A DNA stretch of 63,828 nt, filler included, from Octopus bimaculoides (GCF_001194135.2; 5 parts of 4 records of this genome joined end to end with filler, not necessarily neighbours in it); one strand, 5' to 3'; numbered from the whole stretch's first letter, positions 41,534 through 55,899 are shown. Numbers and translations: made by a program. The notes: generated from the letters alone by a model not told the origin.

Positions 41534-43440
41534 ATTTCATATTTGCTGTTTTGGTACAGTTTTGTATGGCAATCATTGACTTGAAATTAATTTTCGCCAT
41601 GACTCAATAAATAAAGAGTTAATAGCTTTTAAAGTTTGCAAATGTTGGGTAATTTTATCCAGTAGAACCAAGCTGTTTTCCCACGTGGTCACTTTTCGCT
41701 TATTAAATGCTTAAAATACCTGAGGTATGAAGTGTTCATGAGATGTGCTAAACATAATCGCTAAATAGGGCTTAAATCATGCACCAATTTTTTCTTTTTG
41801 GCTTTCGTATAATCGCGTGTAGAACACAAATTCGCCAAAAATTGATGAAAATTCCAAATAATAAAAAAGTTGTGAGGGATGGCATGCTTAAAGCAGAATT
41901 CTGCCAATATTTCATTTGTTTATAGTTGGCAACACGTGCAGTCATGCACAAAATGAGAACTTCCAAATCTTGTTTACTGACCGGATAAAAATGATCAAAT
42001 TTTATACCTCGTTAACTTTTTAAAAGCAATTTTCTGGAAAAAGTGAATTAGCTCTTGAGATTCAGCCTGGAAAATTACATTAATACATCAAATTAAAAGA
42101 TTTTTACTAAATTTTTAAAATGTCCATAGGTGCAGCCAAACCGAAAAGATCCATTCTTTCACTTTCAATGAAAAATCTATCTTCATATCTCTGACTAAGT
42201 TTAATATCATATCTAACGTAAGCCTTCCTTCTTCCATTCTTCCATCCAGCCATCGATGTATTTATCAACGTAGATAGACAGATATATCGATCGACAGATA
42301 GAAGATATAAAAAGTTTAGATCATTAAAATGTTATTTTCTTGTCAGTCACAATAATATATTGCTTGAAAGTTCTCTCTGCTTAAAACTTTATTTTTCTCT
42401 ATTTTTCTATCTACCTCTTACTTCAACAAACTTTTAACCATGTAATTCCCCTCATTATTATTTCCCTCTTTCTCTTCACCTCTCACTTCCACTAATCACA
42501 TGACAGCTTAATGCATCGGCTGACAATAATGTCATTACTCTCCCCCCGCTCTCTCTACTTGTCTTTCTTTAACCTCACCACCAAAACATCACCCCTCTGC
42601 TAAACACTATTTGTAACTCGCTTTCTCTATATTACCCACTTCAACTAACTTTTAACCACCTATAACTATTACGTTCCCCTTACCACACGCCATTAGCACA
42701 TTTCTCTTTCCCCTTCCCTCTCGCTCTTCCTTTCAATTAATCACGTGTCAGCATAACACATTTCGGCCTTAGCGAATTTAAGGGGAGGACGGGGTATGGA
42801 GCTAGTCGATTACATCAAGTCCTATAAGGATGAAAAGCAAAGTCGACCTCGTGGGAGTTTGAACTGAGAACATAAAGCCAGGAAAATGCTGCTAAGCATT
42901 TTGGACGGCATGCTAACGATTTTGACAGCACGCTGCCTTAACGATTCTGTAATAATAATAATATATTTAATTGGTTACAAGACCCCGACTTGTTGGAGGC
43001 AAAATATGAAAACAGAGGAGAGTTTACATCGAATAAAACGAAGAGAACCAATTATAGCCAAGAGCTTGCTGATTAAAAAAAATGTCAGCTTGGGCCTATT
43101 TTGCTTTTCTCAGCGATATCAGCAAGAAACGGCAAAAAATAAAACCAACGACAACGAAACCAACAGTACCAAGCCACGCTATTTTTTCAACACCTGTGGA
43201 TTCTCAGCCTTGTATTAACAACAGATATAGGGTATTCACTTTTACTTCATATTCATTACAGAAGAGTAACAGGTCGTGAATTGCATGAAGACCGCAACTC
43301 ACCCAAGATATTAACAAACCAGGATATTAAGAAATAAGCAGTAGAATGAGGTGACAGCAATAACGAAAGCAGCGGTGCGTGTTATTTAAGACAGAATACA
43401 CACAAATATAAAGCAAAATCGGTTAGTTCAACCCACAGTG

Positions 43441-43477
<37 letters not shown>

Positions 43478-43896
43478 GCGCGTGCGCGTACATACTATAT
43501 ATATATACACACATACATTCACACGTGCGTGTGTGTGTATATATGTATGTAGTATGTATGCATGCCCGCACGTGTGTGTTGTGTATGTGAGTGTGTAAAG
43601 CGAAAGAGGGAGAATTTTCATCAATGTTACATGTAATAAGGCATTCCTCGCTTTAGCCCCATTTTCAGTCTCTTGCCGGTGAATCTTTACTGGAATTGTT
43701 AGAAATATCAACAGAATCTCCTTCAAATCATAACGTAGTATATTTTAAACACAGGGAAGGCGCATTGAATAACGTAGACGGCCAACAATATACCTAGAGA
43801 AAAAAGAAAAACGACGAGTTCATCAATATCAATATGATCAATACTAAAATGGTCTTGATGCTCATAGATCTGCTCGTTAACTAGCTGATCAGAAGC

Positions 43897-43972
<76 letters not shown>

Positions 43973-45692
43973 ACACCACCACCGCCACCACCACCACCAC
44001 CACCACCAACATCAACAACGCTACTACGTTGCTGCTTTCAACTTAACCCTGTTTTAAAGTCCTTTTAAGGTATTTTGTTGCTCTGTTGCTTTATTATATG
44101 CCAACATTAAAACACTCTGATGTCCTAGTTAATATACTTGTCTCCTCTTAAGAAGCTCAATTGTAGATAAGATTACTCTGAATTAAACTGACCTGCTTAT
44201 AATAGAAATGGTTCTAGGCAGAAAAGTCTAAAAATTACAGACTCATCAAAGGCCTCTATATTCACAACCACAGAATATATGAAGTAGCATTGGGCCTCTA
44301 GAACAGTGCCTACCCCATTTAACAAACCAACGTATCCCTGACTCAAGACAGCACCGGTTCTAACAGTTCCTGTCTCATGAAACTACTTTTCTAATGCTCG
44401 GTGCTAGACCATAAAGATCTTTTTCTTTTTTTTTTTCTCATAGAAGGGCTTTCTCTGACGTTTGTTTCAAGGTCACTTCTTGCTACACTAATTCACATTG
44501 CGAAGTTTAACTACTCGTAATTGTTAACTGGACCAAGAACAGCCCTTTTTTTTAATATGCATCTTTCCTCGACTTCATTGTAAGTTAAATCGCTGGAAAA
44601 TTTTTCTCTGCGAATTCCCTATGGCAAAATATTTTAGACACCAAATGGATAGTAATCATAGTTTTTTCCCGATTTAACATCATGGAAACCTGCTCATGGA
44701 AACCTGTATCGGAATTCACTCTGTTGTGAGAACCTGTACAAAGTGTTCGATTTGCTCCGATGCGCAGTTTTTATTGCACCATTCTGTGCGTCCTATCAGT
44801 GTTTTTAGAGACGCAAGTAGATGTCGTTCCGCCAGAGAAGACAGATAATTCCCCCAAAATTTCCTTATAAGTTTACTGGATTACCAAAAATCATTGACTT
44901 CTAGTGTAGTGAAGTGATTACCTGTAACCCATTAGTTATTTCTTCTCTTCTCCTCCAGATATAGAGTTCTTGTAAATGAGTTCTTACTTTACACCTTTGA
45001 CTAACGTGGGTTACGGTTAGGGCTTGATCTTGTAAGTTCTATTACAATTCAAGTCCATTCAACTTTCCCAATGTATAAAGAATTATGACGGATTACGAGA
45101 GGCCTACTTCATGACTCTGGTATCTGATTAGGTGACTTATATATTGTTGTTGTTACTGCTCCTTAGACATGTGTATATTCTTCACGATATGATTGTCGTA
45201 CTTTACGCACATACACACAAATATACACACACATACTCCTTATACATATAATCACAGAGCACATATTCATTTCAGTATTGTTGTCAACATTCGTTAAGTA
45301 ATGGAAGCCAGCTTGGTTGTATGTTCGCTTTACAACCACATTGTTTCAGATTTGATTGTTCTGTGTATTGAGGTCGAATATGTAACAAATGTCTTCAGTA
45401 AAATCTTTGAATTGACCAAAACCTTGTGATTGAAATCTGGCAGATGAAAACCATGTTGAAACCAACCGTGCAAGGGACAGACTCAGTTCTTGGGTATTAG
45501 ATTTAATCCATCTCTCAGTTTAACACCATTACCTGGGTCTTTGGTTGTCTTGCCAATGGAGGCTATTCTGTGACAAGCATTTCATGCTAGGTTTTCCCCA
45601 TTTCCTTCTACCAGGTCTTTAATTCTGATCTTCCTCTTGTAACTAAGCCATAAAAATAATTTAAAACTAACTCATGTTCTCCATCTTTACAG

Positions 45693-45876
45693 TGTTTCAA
45701 GATGTCCACGTCATGATATTTGTTGGCTTCGGCTTTCTAATGACTTTTCTGAAGAGATACGGTTATGGCAGTGTCGGCTACAATTTCCTGATTGCCGCCT
45801 TCATATTGCAATGGTCTACGCTGGTAGGAGGTTATCTGCACGGCAAAGGAAAGACGATTCACGTGGATATATTGAG
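45693..45876 (+). CDS. Rh-family ammonium transporter, internal exon ([60 protein letters not shown])
   Basis: Diagnostic Rh motif [21 protein letters not shown]. ccatctttacAG acceptor, GTAATA donor, 184 nt, phase 1-2. Other exons were not found on this scaffold. Confidence 0.93.
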
Positions 45877-48238
45877 GTAATAGGTCATTCCTTTCTTACT
45901 TCCTCGTATAAATATATGTATGTGTGTGTATGTGGGCATGTGTGTGTGTGAGAGAGAGATGGAGAGAGATGGAGAGAGAGAGGGGTAGAGACAGAGAGGC
46001 AGTGATGGAGAGACTGAAGAACGTGTGTGTGTGTGTGTGTGTGTGCGTGCGCGCGTGCATGCTTTAGGAGAGGCGGTAACTGTGTCTGTATAGTACTGGA
46101 TGATCCAGATTCTGTTCGAAAATTCTATAATTTTGAGCACATCCATTGTTAATTATGAAAAATAATCTTTAAAACTAGATAAAAACTAAGAGAGTTTTGG
46201 TCGTTCTGTATTGTTATAAACTTATCTGAATGTAATTTACATGTAATATTTGCATCCGATCTAATAAAACACAATGTGTTTTTGTTCGACTTTAATTTGG
46301 CAGTGATAGACTGGAAGAACAAATGGGGCTGATGGGAATGGCAGCTGGAAAGGTTAAAAGCGAGTAAGCAAAAGCGAAAAAATTATAATTACAGTGAGCT
46401 GTAGTGGCAGGTTTAGCAATGGCTGGAGTAGCTAGACATTTTTGGCATACGTTTTAACAGAAATTGATTTTCACTTAACTTCATAGTTTATAATTAGAAG
46501 GAAAAAAGGAAATAATTGAAAACAAAACACTATGCGTTGATTTTAATTGATAAACATGCACGTGCACACGCACACACACACACACACACACACACGTACA
46601 CGTAAAAACATCAGTACACAAAAATACACGAACAAACGCACGCACATATACGTGCAGGCACGTACATGTCAAGGCGCACGCATGATGGGTTTTTTTATTT
46701 CCTAACTGAATGTTTTACTATGATATTTTATAACAAACAAAACACATTGTCGGTTGTTCTTTTGAAAAATACTCTATAACAAAATAATCCTTTCTGCTGT
46801 AACTCTAAGGCATGAAATATTCGGGGAAGTGGATAGTCGATTACATCGACATCAGTATGTTACTGGTATTTAATTTATCGACTTCGAAAAGATGGACAAC
46901 AAAGTCGACCTCGGCAGAATTTGAAACACTCATACAAAAGAATGAAAATAGCTTAACATTTAATTTCATTGAATTTCGTGCATGGCTGCCTATTGCCGAT
47001 TATTCACAATCTACAATGAAATCACATGATGCAACACTGACATCCATCGCTGCTGCCGAAGTTTCGGCAACCGGTCTGATCTGACTTTTTATAACATCTT
47101 ATATTATAAGGTGATTTCTCAAGACGTTTACCTTCGTCTACGATGTTCGAACAGCACATCCAAGTTATATATATATATATCAATATGTATGCATGGAGTT
47201 TTAAGCGACGAAAATATTTTGACACGAATTGAATTTAAATGTTGAAGTGAAACTAACGGTTTTTGTGTTCTTAAATGGCTTACAAACATATTCCACGTTG
47301 CAATTGTATATATATATATATACATATACCCCCCCTCTCCTCGGACATGAATGACCATGGGATTGCACCTAGACAGTTACCCTCCAAGGCACAAGACGAG
47401 GTAAGGTTGTTTAAGGAAGACAAACGGTCGCCCATACATACCCCAGCCTCCCGGCTTCGCACCATCGATGTTATCCAAGGGTAAGCGAACTGGAGCAACG
47501 TGAAATAGTCTTGCTCAAGTCCAGGAATCGAACTCACCACTTCAGGATTGTGAACCCGACGCTCTAATCACTGAGCTATGCATCATATTACGTGTGTGTA
47601 TGTGTGTGTGTATGTGTGTGTGTGTGTGTGTTTGTATGTGTGTGCGTGTGCGTGTGTTTGCGCGTGCGTGAGTGTGTGTTTGTGTATGTATGTATATATA
47701 CATTTCAAAAGTAAATAAACACCTCTTATTACTGATATGTGTGTCTATTGAAGTTGTATATATAATTGTTTATTTACTTTTGAAATGTATATATACATAC
47801 ATACACAAACACACACACACTCGCGCGCGCGCACACACACATACACACGCACACGTACACGCGTACACATACATATTATTATACACTTATACCTGTGCAG
47901 ATCCTACCTGGTGCTTCAAACTTTTTAATGAATTGTTATTTTTTCATTTCAGATTACAGTATAGTAATTATTTATAGTAACTACCCATGCCATAACTGCT
48001 TGGCAACTGAAGTGGAAATTCTAATAAATTAAAAAGTTTGAAGTACCAGGTAATGTTCGCACAGACAAAACGTATAATGAAGGGTGCCTATGTCTATTTA
48101 CTTTAAGATATCTGAGTATATGGTTCCAGGTACAATCTCACTGAGTGACATCTTGGGTAAGTATCTTGTATTATAGCCGCGGGCTGACCAAAGCCTTGTG
48201 AGTGGATTTGATAGACGGAAACTGAAAAGAAGCTCCAG

Positions 48239-48287
<49 letters not shown>

Positions 48288-48290
<3 letters not shown>

Positions 48291-48440
48291 GGAGTAAGCA
48301 CATAAAGGTGAAACAAGGTGGAAAAAAGAATACTCAAATACCAGAGGTAGAGTAATATACTTTATATAAAAGCAGCAGAAATATAGCAAAAGCTGGTACT
48401 CAGAGTTTCACGTTCCCGTTCGTTGGACAGTTTTGTTAAA
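48288..48440 (-). mobile_element. Same PLE-type element, copy 2, with a decayed hammerhead (48388-48434)
   Basis: Minus strand: aaaactgt CCAACGA acg ggaa cgt GAAA ctctgag TA ccagctttt. The tail ends in the (TA)n tract at 48239-48287. Confidence 0.6.
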
Positions 48441-48469
48441 ATAGAATAGAAATAACGATATGGTAAAAA

Positions 48470-49400
48470 CTAGTTAAAGGATACACCTTTAAAAATGGAT
48501 TTGTTTCATTGGTCCTTTCAATTAACGGTCTTAAGCATGCAATGAACAAAATAAACGAATGAATTCAATATAAATTCATCCAATTATAAAAATCGCATGT
48601 ATACATATGTTTGCGTACATATGTATACATGTGTATATGTGTATTTGTGTGTATATTTACGTCTCACATATCTGTATATGTCTGTATATGTATATAGTCT
48701 GTGTGCATCCATCTATGTATTTTGATGTATATATGTATATTAATGGTTTAGTATGCGTATATATTGATGTAAAATATTTATGTAATACAACGTGGAAATT
48801 TTAATTTTAGTTTTAATTTTTAATGTATTAATCGAATTAGATTTCGTATATAATTATTTGCAATATGTATTTTGAATCCAGTCTTCTAATTATTTTTTTC
48901 CCTCGATTTCTATTATAAGATGAATTTTGAGGGATCGTGGCTTCTTAAAAGCATAACTGACCTCCAACCTTTAGATGAAAATTCGTGCGGTGGTAGACCT
49001 AAAGGTGCGAGGTGATTGAGAGATTCAACAGGGTAATGAACAGCGTCATTGGTGTAGAGCACAGTATCAGTTCAGTTGTATGTCTGCCGATCGCCAGGCT
49101 GTTGTTCCAGAAGGTGATTGTTTACGCCATCGACTGCGAGACAGCTTTATGTCGCCTCGGGGGTTTCATTCTGTCATGCCCTTGAAGATGCCTCTCGTTG
49201 GGCTGCAAGACGGCTTTGTGTCGCCACGGGGGTTTCATTTCGTCGTGCCCTTGAAGATGCCTCCCTTTTCGCTGCAAGACGGCTTTGTGTCGCCTCGGGG
49301 GTCTCATTTTGTCGTGCCCTTGCATGTCTTTGTCTTTGCGCGGCTAGACGTCGTTGTGTATCTTCGACAGTCTCCTTATATAAAAATATTTTTAGAGAAG
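48470..49400 (-). mobile_element. Internally deleted Helitron: 23-aa STPR-like repeats joined to the Pif1 helicase C-terminus
   Basis: Minus frame ARQNETPEATQSRLAAKREASSRARRNETP (69-bp unit), then DAVHYPVESLNHLAPLGLPPHE/LKVG/VMLLR. A hairpin plus CTAG at 48470-48492 is a tentative 3' end. Confidence 0.75.
49134..49325. repeat. 69-bp tandem repeat, about 2.8 copies (Helitron STPR coding repeat)
   Basis: Units start at 49134, 49203 and 49272. Confidence 0.9.
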
Positions 49401-51385
49401 TACTATTGGAAACATTTCTTTAACTTTTAAAAACATTTGGACTAAACATTACTATGAGAAAGGATTATCGCAGAGTATATTCTCTTGACGCTTCCTTCTA
49501 TTTTGATACTGGATTATTTGAATGATTTCATAAGTCATATGATCATATTAAATACATAAATGTAGCATTCAACCATCCACTCTCGATAATACGGGGATTG
49601 TTTAAGAATAATTCAAAAAGAATTTCTAGATTATCTGCTAATAGAAAACTTTTCATATCACATACAAATTATTATAATGCTGTTTTAGCTAGGGATGGAT
49701 ATCGTGATAAAAGTCAATATATACAAGAAGCAGGCATACTCAATACTGTCAATTCCTCCAATAATAATACACATTGTATACCATCGCAACGTTACGGCAT
49801 GAGAACTTAATCAGATCGAGAATACAGGCCAGGAAAAATTGGTCAATGCAATGAACTACCAATGAAAACGGTTCGCATGTTTCAACCAAGATCGCTGGAA
49901 AATGTTTTAATAAATACCATGCTATTTTTAATCGGCGCAACGTGAAGGTATCATACACTAACTCTACTAATCTAAAGGTGGTGCTCCAGCGTGGCCACAG
50001 TCACATGACTGAAACAAGTAAAAGAGTAAGCATATGCACCGCATAAACAATAGTAAAATGTGATAACAGTTCAATAACACTCTTACTTGATCTAGCAAAC
50101 ATACCCATCTAAATAGCAACGAATGAGATGTAAACCGCAATGAAAAGCACCAAATACGGCCAAATTGTGATAATAGAAATGATTATGATATAAGTAACAC
50201 AGTAACAACATCGGAAAATGAAGCCAGAACTACCATATATACAAATAAATATAATAAAAGGTCATGAAGAGAAAAATCAAAATACACATTGATGATCCTC
50301 TGCATGGGTGCAGATCTGTATAAATGTACCGTGCACGCAAGGGGAGGGAGGGCCTTATGTTTACATTGGGCTAACGGCGCCAGCTTCAAGAAACATTCAA
50401 CATTTTTGGCCGATTTTGTTGGCGACTGAAGGATTATAAAATTAAGTAGAACATAACTTGGTCCACAGTACAGCACGCAAAACCAGGAGATGCCGATTCT
50501 GCTCCGAGGAATCCCTGCCTATTCTGTGGACCAATGAGACCATTAATAGAATTTCTGAAAGACCCTCAAGATGCCTAAGTGCATATAAATGTACTTTCGC
50601 ACAGTGCAGTGGGAATGAATGTGAGTAACTGTTAACATAATTTACTTTAAGGTATGGATGAATTAAGTTTAACTTTAACCTTCCCATTCTTATAAACAAC
50701 AAGTAGCTATTTAACTCACTATGTGAACGTGTGTGCAACAAATCACACGTGTACGTATTCTTACATCTTCGTGGATAATTGTATAAGCGAGTGCACATGC
50801 ACCATGAAGCTTGCGCGAGGGCATTTATACATCCTTATCCGTTAACGGTTGTTTTTAATACTTTTCTCTTGTATAGCGTGTTCGTTTCTTTTTTGCATCT
50901 GTCATTTTATTTTTCATTTTCTATATAAGTGAAGGTATATCCTTTAATTTGCTGATTTTCTTAACACGAAATGAGAAGATACATTGCGGAGGTATTACTT
51001 TAACGAGTTATATTTATCTATCACCCGAACAGACACATCTGCACCGTCGGATGCTCCTGAACCAGTTGTTAAGTGTCCAAACAATTCTAGTGATTAGTAA
51101 AAATGTTCGTATCTTCTATCTTCCGCCCTTTATATATATNNNNNNNNNNNNNNNNNNNNNNNNNNNNNNNNNNNNNNNNNNNNNNNNNNNNNNNNNNNNN
51201 NNNNNNNNNNNNNNNNNNNNNNNNNNNNNNNNNNNNNNNNNNNNNNNNNNNNNNNNNNNNNNNNNNNNNNNNNNNNNNNNNNNNNNNNNNNNNNNNNNNN
51301 NNNNNNNNNNNNNNNNNNNNNNNNNNNNNNNNNNNNNNNNNNNNNNNNNNNNNNNNNNNNNNNNNNNNNNNNNNNNNNNNNNNNN

Positions 51386-52025
51386 TCTTAATCTTATTTC
51401 GGCCAGAGTTCTTTCGTCACACTTCTGTGACCTCATCAGTGGTCCTTTGTTTCCTTCTTTCTTATGTGTGTCTCACCTTGCTAACTATCAGCCATTTTGT
51501 ATTTTGTATTCCTATTGTATGTGTCTACGCATGCGTGTCTGTCTTTTGTAAGTGCATGTGTGTGTATGGGGAGTGTCTGTATCATCTATATTCTCTGTTA
51601 ATAGTGTTCGTTTGTATTTGTTTTTATTTATTTATTTGTTCATGTGTGTGTGTGTGTTTTTTTGGGGGTCTTTTTATCTACTGTTTTTTTTGTGTTTAAT
51701 TAAATTTTGTTAACGTATGTAGTATTTAATTCCATTTGTTTATCTATGTATTGTATTATATTTTGTTCATATTATTATTGGTTTATGGGTAACATGTTGT
51801 CACATGTGGTTTGTGGTTTGTTAGGGGTGTGTGTTAGTGTTCCATTCTAATTTCCTATTCAGGCTAGGTTTCTCTTCTATCATGTGTGTAGCTTCAGTAA
51901 TTTGTCTAAGTGCTGCATCACTGCTATGTGTGGATAAGATTTTAATCTCTATGTTGTTGATTGAGCCTCTATATTCTTGCTCAGCGTACTGGTACAGAAC
52001 TGATGAGTTAATATATTTAGTACCC
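51386..52025 (-). mobile_element. 5'-truncated Penelope-like element (GIY-YIG C-terminus plus terminal repeat)
   Basis: Minus-strand ORF 51821-52051 contains SSVLYQY...IEIKILSTHSSDAALRQITEATHMIEEKPSLNRKLE, matching the PLE endonuclease tail (IL...LR.I.EA.HI...P.LNR). A hammerhead lies about 380 nt downstream. Confidence 0.75.
51401..51445 (-). ncRNA. Minimal type I hammerhead ribozyme, canonical core
   Basis: Minus strand: GGACCA / CTGATGA / G / GTCACA-gaag-TGTGAC / GAAA / G-aa-C / T-C / TGGCC. Full canonical core, 6-bp stem II, CUC cleavage triplet. Confidence 0.85.
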
Positions 52026-52121
52026 AATATAACAGTAAAAAACTTTTCCATAGTTCAAATCGGTATATACTCAATATACAAAAATGAAAAGAAAATGGAG
52101 ATTTACGATTAAAATATTTTA

Positions 52122-52198
<77 letters not shown>

Positions 52199-52400
52199 GA
52201 TATAGTATAATACAATATAATATAATATAATATAAATACAAATATTATAATCCCACAATTGTTTCGATATATACACATAATTTTTCTCGTCTGGCCGTAA
52301 AGCCTTCTGTTTGTTTTCCTGTCTTGTTTTTTGTCCGCCACTACATTCCTCCATGGCTAGATTTAATTTGCGTATACAGATTTAATCTGCGATCCATGGG

Positions 52401-52500
52401 NNNNNNNNNNNNNNNNNNNNNNNNNNNNNNNNNNNNNNNNNNNNTTAATTAATTAANNNNNNNNNNNNNNNNNNNNNNNNNNNNNNNNNNNNNNNNNNNN
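52401..52500. other. Artificial scaffold linker
   Basis: 44 N + TTAATTAATTAA + 44 N. Confidence 0.95.
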
Positions 52501-52712
52501 GACCAGTCACTGGATAAGTTTGGCACAGAAATGTTAACATAGAGTGGTGAATAAATCGATATATCGAATTTGAAGTCTCTGTCTCTTTTGAATATGAAAA
52601 TTTAAAAGTTTAAAAACCTTATAATATATATATATATATACTTATATGCATATATACGTAAAGCTAGAACATCCCAATGCTATACACACATACACATATA
52701 TATATACATACA

Positions 52713-52762
<50 letters not shown>

Positions 52763-52772
52763 NNNNNNNNNN

Positions 52773-52841
<69 letters not shown>

Positions 52842-54674
52842 GAACATTTATAGAGATGAGCCACATTTGGAATAAAAATGCAAATTCTCCACTTACCTTC
52901 AAACATTCAATTTTGGATAGAATCTCTTGATGAAGTGTGTATGCATGTGTGTGCGTTTGTATGTGAGTGCGTGAGTGTGTGTGTGGGACTGAAAGATAAA
53001 TTCTAATTTACAGTAAATTTATCCTCATTTTGGGCGCCATTTATCTTGTTCGCTATGTTAACTTTGAGGGAAATACTCGGCTCAGTGGTAGCAGCATCAC
53101 AGAGATAGCGACACGTGTACTGTGTATGGCAACTGCAATATGCAATAACTTCGGTGTAATTATATTGTAGCTAGTCAAATAAACTAAGTAATAACATACC
53201 AGGCGATCTACGCGGATATAATGAAATTCCTTATATGTAAAGCTGGTCTTGCTGACAAGTAGTAAATTTGTGTTGACGTTATGAAAGTTTTGGTTGTAAG
53301 TTTATAGAAATACACTTATGTACCACAAACATAATAAATGACAAACTCGCCGGTTAGGTAACAACTTCTTTTCATTGTTTTCCTATCCACCACAACGAAT
53401 TGCTTTCAATCTACCTTGACATTGCAAACACATTGCAATTCTCTTAGTGGCTCTTAGAGAATTTCCTTCCTTTTTTCTTTTTTTATTTGTTGGATCTAGA
53501 GAATGGAGTAATATTCAGAACGATCACAGGTTCTAAATTAGTGGAACTGATGTCGTTTATAATCATCTTCAACCATTGGAAGTCAAAAACTACTGGACAG
53601 CCAGGAGCAAGATGAGAGTTGTGGAGGGTCGACGTTCTCAGAAGAGAGGACTAGGCATAGTGATTAATCCAGATCTTTGGAAGGATTAGACACAACAAGG
53701 GTGACGGGTGAAGGATGAAGGGGTGGTCTGGTTTGGAATACCTGACTGAAAATGGCAAGACATCAGCCAGCTTCTAGGAGCAGAAAAAAGTAGCAGTAGA
53801 AAAATAGAGTACTCTTTTTTCTGGACATGATATAAGGGCATCACTCTACTTGGTTTTCACCAGAGCGTTGTAAAATATCAATAACTGTTGAAGTTGCAGT
53901 ATCTCCGGTTCCGGAAGAGATGGAAAATTTTGCAATCCGGTCGTAGCTTGAGTATATGCAACCCTAACTGAACCACATGTTTACAAACATCGGGGATTCT
54001 CTTAACGCAAAAAGTATAGTCGCTTTCTTAGCAACCTGGTTAAAACCTCTCAGGAAGAACTTAAACGTCATACATAATGAATGATGGCATATGGTAGCCG
54101 ATAACCATATTGAAGCTTTGAAATGTACGGTATAAGGTTATTACCGCGGCGGTATTAAATAAACAATATTGACAACATACATACATACATACATACATAT
54201 ATACATACATATATACATACATACATAGTACTTACATACATACATACATACGTACATACGTACATACATACATACATACGTGCATACATACATATATGGT
54301 GATTATTCTAGCTTCTCAGATGATGACAATCTCGTTGTACTTCCTCGTTGTCTCTGATATTTCTTAGTTTCCTTTCATGTCTTCACTGGTGGTTATTCAG
54401 TCCTGCTTCAGGCATTGAGGTGACATACAAAAATTGCAAATTTCAACTGGTTAGGACTACATGCGTCGCCATAGGACTTCTAGCACACAGAAGGACAAAT
54501 GAGGTCACTATAAAGTGTCATCGTTGGATAATAGTAATAAGCGCTTGTACAATACGGCCGCTACTCGCTGAGTGTCCGTGATTAGTATCCACTGAAAGGC
54601 CGGAGCAGGAGGACCAGCAATCACACCAAACCGCAGAATTCACATCATTGTTCCTACATACATACGTACACACA

Positions 54675-55052
54675 TCTTTTATCTTTTACCTGTTCCAGTC
54701 ATTAAACTGCGGCCTTGCCGGGGCGCCGCCTTGAATATTTAGTCGAATGAATCGACCCCAGTACTTATTTTTTAAGCCTAGTACTATGTATATTGGCCTC
54801 TTTTATCGAACCGCTAAGTTACGCAAACACAAGCACAAAGACACACACACACACACACACATACACACACACACACACACAGACACACACACACACACAC
54901 ACACACATATGTATCTACGATGGGTTTCTTTCAGGTCTTATTGGCCCGAGGCTACAGTAGAAGACACTTGCCCATGATACCATGTATTGAGACTGAACCC
55001 GGAACCATGTGGTTGGCAAGCAAGCTTCTTACCACACAGCCACACCTGCGCC
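54675..55052 (-). mobile_element. SINE family A, full length
   Basis: Reverse-complement homologue of 6918-7320. Partial copies also lie at about 9248-9390(-), 34880-35030(-), 40310-40570(+), 48112-48238(+) and 49960-50030(+). Confidence 0.8.
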
Positions 55053-55691
55053 TATATCTAGGCCTACGTCATCTCTGAGAATCAGTCAAAAAGCTGTACA
55101 TTTGATACATTAGGACAGTCACCCCACAACAATATTCTGTACACCAACAACAGACAAAATTCGATGTCGTTATTTATCTCGTAGCTGGGGTTTGATATTG
55201 AAGTTCATTTTAGTTCTGATTTCTCTTGTGTTGTGCATTAAATGTATATTGTTTGATTAACAACGAACCGACAGATATGTGCCTGTGTCCTATGTATTCT
55301 ATATATGAATGTATTTATATATTCCAGTGCATGTATACAGTACATATGAAAGTATGTATATACCATAAGAACGTGTGTATACGGTACATATGAATGATAT
55401 GTAATACATATATTTTACCAGTTTAAAGTTTCACAAGGGGCTTAAAACCTCTGGTCACAATAAGGCATTAAATCAAGAGCTGTGGTCACTTTATTTTAGA
55501 AGTAACAATCACATGGACGTGTTAAGCAATGCTAAGGTCATCACATTCAGATTGTTGCTAACTCTGATCTGACTACGATGTCATAACGAAGAAATTGAGA
55601 AACAGCCCAATAAATTGTCATTGGAAAATAGCTGTACTCCCAAACTCATATCGCCACACTCTGTTATAATTTAGAACGGAGGATTTAATAA

Positions 55692-55726
<35 letters not shown>

Positions 55727-55899
55727 ATGTGGAAAATTCTCTATAATAACATAAACAACCATAAACCTAGAACCAAATTCAAATACGAGTTGAGAACCAC
55801 CAAGTTCCTTCTTGGCAACAAACTATTCACAAACTTTGAAGACGATCGGATTTATTAGAATATCATGAACATCAATAAATTAAGCACATATCATTGAGG

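Noticed and set aside
43020-43220. Candidate Rh exon 1 (LGLFCFSQRY...PRYF)
   Set aside because: Superficial resemblance only; no hydrophobic TM1 and no suitable phase-1 donor.
49080-49430. Host protein-coding ORFs in three frames
   Set aside because: Explained by the 69-bp Helitron repeat; the homologous frame is a different one and contains stops.
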